A stretch of 24,985 nt of DNA from positions 1-24,985 of IMG/VR virus record IMGVR_UViG_3300048851_000125; one strand, 5' to 3'. The notes below the pieces were generated by a model, which searched no databases, was not told the origin of the DNA, and saw only the letters and a program-made list of their open reading frames with translations. Each line of letters opens with the position of its first letter. The stretch's first letter is position 1. Below are positions 23,148 through 24,985 of this stretch, in pieces. A program made the position numbers and the translations under genes. The DNA comes from a virus (taxonomy: Duplodnaviria > Caudoviricetes).

Positions 23148-23621
23148 TCATGCGGCCATCCTCGCGTCGGTCGTCGACCAGTCCCCCCAGCCGTAGGCGA
23201 GCTTGTCGACGGTGGGATGCTTGTCCGTTCGCGGCCGCGTCGGCGTGTCCCAGCTGCGGCCAGGCACGCGCCATAGGAGCCGCCAGCCGGCCGCGCGCAG
23301 CGACGCGCCGGTCTCGCTCGCCAGGATGTACGTCAGCCCGCGGCGATACCCTTTGGCGATCGCCGCGCGCCTTGCCGCGCCGTAGAGCATCGAGCACCCG
23401 TTCGGTTCGCCGTCGGTGCATAGGCGGGTGACCTCCATCGTCAGGCCGTCCTGCAACGCCCGCGCGACCGGCCGACCGACGACGGCGATCCCGCTGAGCG
23501 CGCCACCGTCCCCAGCCAATCCGTGAAGCCATAGGAAGCCCGACACCCACCCGTGGTGACGATGATGATCTAGGACGAACTGACGCGCCTCAATGCGCTG
23601 GACTGGACGGAGGACGATCAT
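23148..23621 (-). CDS. XF1762-family / Mom-like GNAT-fold protein
   Basis: EARQFVLDHHRHH, GIAVVGRPVARALQDG, EVTRLCTDG..NGCSMLYGAA, TYILASETGASLRAAGW. Confidence 0.8.
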   Translation of the reverse strand: MIVLRPVQRIEARQFVLDHHRHHGWVSGFLWLHGLAGDGGALSGIAVVGRPVARALQDGLTMEVTRLCTDGEPNGCSMLYGAARRAAIAKGYRRGLTYILASETGASLRAAGWRLLWRVPGRSWDTPTRPRTDKHPTVDKLAYGWGDWSTTDARMAA

Positions 23622-23845
23622 GTGGCCGCCTCGACGCGCGACCAGTGTTCGATCGACGCGAGCAGGCGGCGCTCGGCGTCATAGGCGGCACCCTGCCACT
23701 CCCTGACGACATAGACCGCGCCGTCACGCATCGTGATGCGCAGGTTCGTGTAGCTGTGCCCTCGGTCCCACTTCATGTGCGAGACGTCGGCGGCGCGCAG
23801 CACGGCGTCCTCGATGCGGACCATCGCTGGCGGGGCATCGGTCAT
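23618..23845 (-). CDS. Hypothetical phage protein
   Basis: ATG 23845 overlaps the methylase TGA, and its own stop overlaps the XF1762-like ATG. MTDAPPAMVRIEDAVLRAADVSHMKW... Confidence 0.6.
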   Translation of the reverse strand: MTDAPPAMVRIEDAVLRAADVSHMKWDRGHSYTNLRITMRDGAVYVVREWQGAAYDAERRLLASIEHWSRVEAAT

Positions 23846-24984
23846 GCGGCCAGCCTCATCGGCACGATCCCCGGTTGGTTCGCGGCGACCAGCGCTCGAG
23901 CGACGGGCGGGCAGACGCTGTTCCCGATCGCGCTGATCTGCTCGGCGATCGTCAGCCGCGCGTCGACCCATTTCCCGCGCAGCAGCTTCCGCACGATCGG
24001 GTCGAGGACGTATCCCTCGGGGAAGCCCTGCGCGCGCGCCAGCTCGCGGGGCTTCAACATGCGCAGCCCGATATCGACGATGACATAGGTGACGGCATCG
24101 ATAGTGACCGTCACGACAGCATAGCGCGCCTTCGTCGTGACGACATCGAGCGGCCGGTCCGCGGCTTGGCTCTGTCCGCCCTCCCCATAGTATTTGATCA
24201 GGAACGCGGCGGTCAGCACCGCCCGGTCGAGCATTTCCGGCGGCAGGTCGCCTTCCTCGACGAGCGTCGTCTCGATGACGCCCTGATGCGGGCCACGCGT
24301 CGCGATCGTGCTGACTAGGTCGCGCATGTCATGGCCCGCGTTGACCGAGCCGTCGGGGTTGCTGTTGAACTGCGCCATGTGCGCCGCGACGACCGAGTGA
24401 TGCTGGCCGCCTGCACGCGCCGTCTTCAGCGGCTCTTCGGCGTCACCACCGCCGCCGGTGGTGTTGCTGCCGTTGAACGTCGACAGGAACGCGCCGACGA
24501 CAGCCTGCTTCGATTTGGTCTCGATCGTCTGGGTCGGATCGTTGGGGCTCGTCGAGTCGTTCCCGGTCGCGAACTTCGTCAGGAACGCCCCGGCCAGCGC
24601 GAGCTCGCCGCGGTGCGCGCCGGTGACAGTGCGCAACGGCTCCTCGATATCATGCACACGGCTGTCGCCCTGATGCGTGACCGGCACCACGAACGGCGCC
24701 AGCGTCGCAGCGGCGATGCAGTTCTGATCCTTGCTTGAGGCGGCGATCGTGTGATGCGGATCCTCGATCGACCTGCTGGCGCCGCCATGCTGCCCATAGG
24801 TCACGAACGGCGCGAGCGTCGTCTTCACGAGCGCATGTTTGGCCGAAGACGCCATGACGGTGCAGAGCGGGTCGCTCAACGACTTCGGACGGCTGTCCGC
24901 GTTGAACTTCTCCAGGTGCGCTTCGACCAGACCCAGCGGCATCGCGCCGGCGGGGCGGGTCGGGTTCCCATTGCCGGTGACCGT
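23842..24984 (-). CDS. DNA (cytosine-5) methyltransferase, C-terminal part (partial; continues beyond window)
   Basis: Motif IX DIGLRMLKPRELARAQGFP and motif X QISAIGNSVCPPVARALV. Repeated (D/E)P--T(V/I) TRD-like units. The frame is open to the window edge. Confidence 0.88.
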   Translation of the reverse strand, partial: TVTGNGNPTRPAGAMPLGLVEAHLEKFNADSRPKSLSDPLCTVMASSAKHALVKTTLAPFVTYGQHGGASRSIEDPHHTIAASSKDQNCIAAATLAPFVVPVTHQGDSRVHDIEEPLRTVTGAHRGELALAGAFLTKFATGNDSTSPNDPTQTIETKSKQAVVGAFLSTFNGSNTTGGGGDAEEPLKTARAGGQHHSVVAAHMAQFNSNPDGSVNAGHDMRDLVSTIATRGPHQGVIETTLVEEGDLPPEMLDRAVLTAAFLIKYYGEGGQSQAADRPLDVVTTKARYAVVTVTIDAVTYVIVDIGLRMLKPRELARAQGFPEGYVLDPIVRKLLRGKWVDARLTIAEQISAIGNSVCPPVARALVAANQPGIVPMRLAA

Positions 24985-24985
24985 C

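Larger units (their letters stand above)
1..24985. mobile_element. Temperate siphovirus / prophage segment (head, tail, receptor-binding, lysis and accessory/early genes)
   Basis: Lambda-like gene order (portal, protease, capsid, head-tail, tail tube, chaperones, tape measure, tip, spike, holin, endolysin) with many TGATG/ATGA/GTGA overlaps. No att site or integrase is visible in the window. Confidence 0.95.

Noticed and set aside
1-24985. CRISPR array, tRNA/rRNA, DGR template/variable repeats, IS elements
   Set aside because: By eye I saw no regularly spaced repeats, cloverleaf, long near-identical repeat pair, reverse transcriptase or transposase.

Overview
The whole window is a GC-rich temperate siphophage/prophage segment, most like those of sphingomonad Alphaproteobacteria (host is an inference). 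On the + strand: end of the portal gene, a prohead protease and major capsid gene (apparently one fused gene broken by a 1-nt frameshift near 741), decoration/head-completion genes, tail terminator, tail tube, a gpG/gpGT chaperone pair with a canonical G-GGA-AAC -1 slippery site, a tape measure protein with an embedded M15-type peptidase, and tail-tip genes. The large tail hub/tip protein ends in a very compact (112 aa) Hint/intein-like domain (C...TGDH...SHN, followed by Ile and only 8 more residues), which is the most striking feature. Next come an adaptor gene, a beta-helix tailspike and an acyltransferase-3 gene (together a lower-GC block), two signal-peptide proteins (one an SGNH esterase) coupled to the lysis cassette (membrane protein, holin, GH19-like endolysin, micro-peptide, lipoprotein). 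The right end has small accessory genes (including two small ORFs missing from the ORF track), a stand-alone HIRAN protein, DUF1488, a Mom/XF1762-like GNAT and the C-terminal part of a C5 DNA methyltransferase with tandem TRD-like repeats. Family assignments are by motif recognition and gene order, not by database search.
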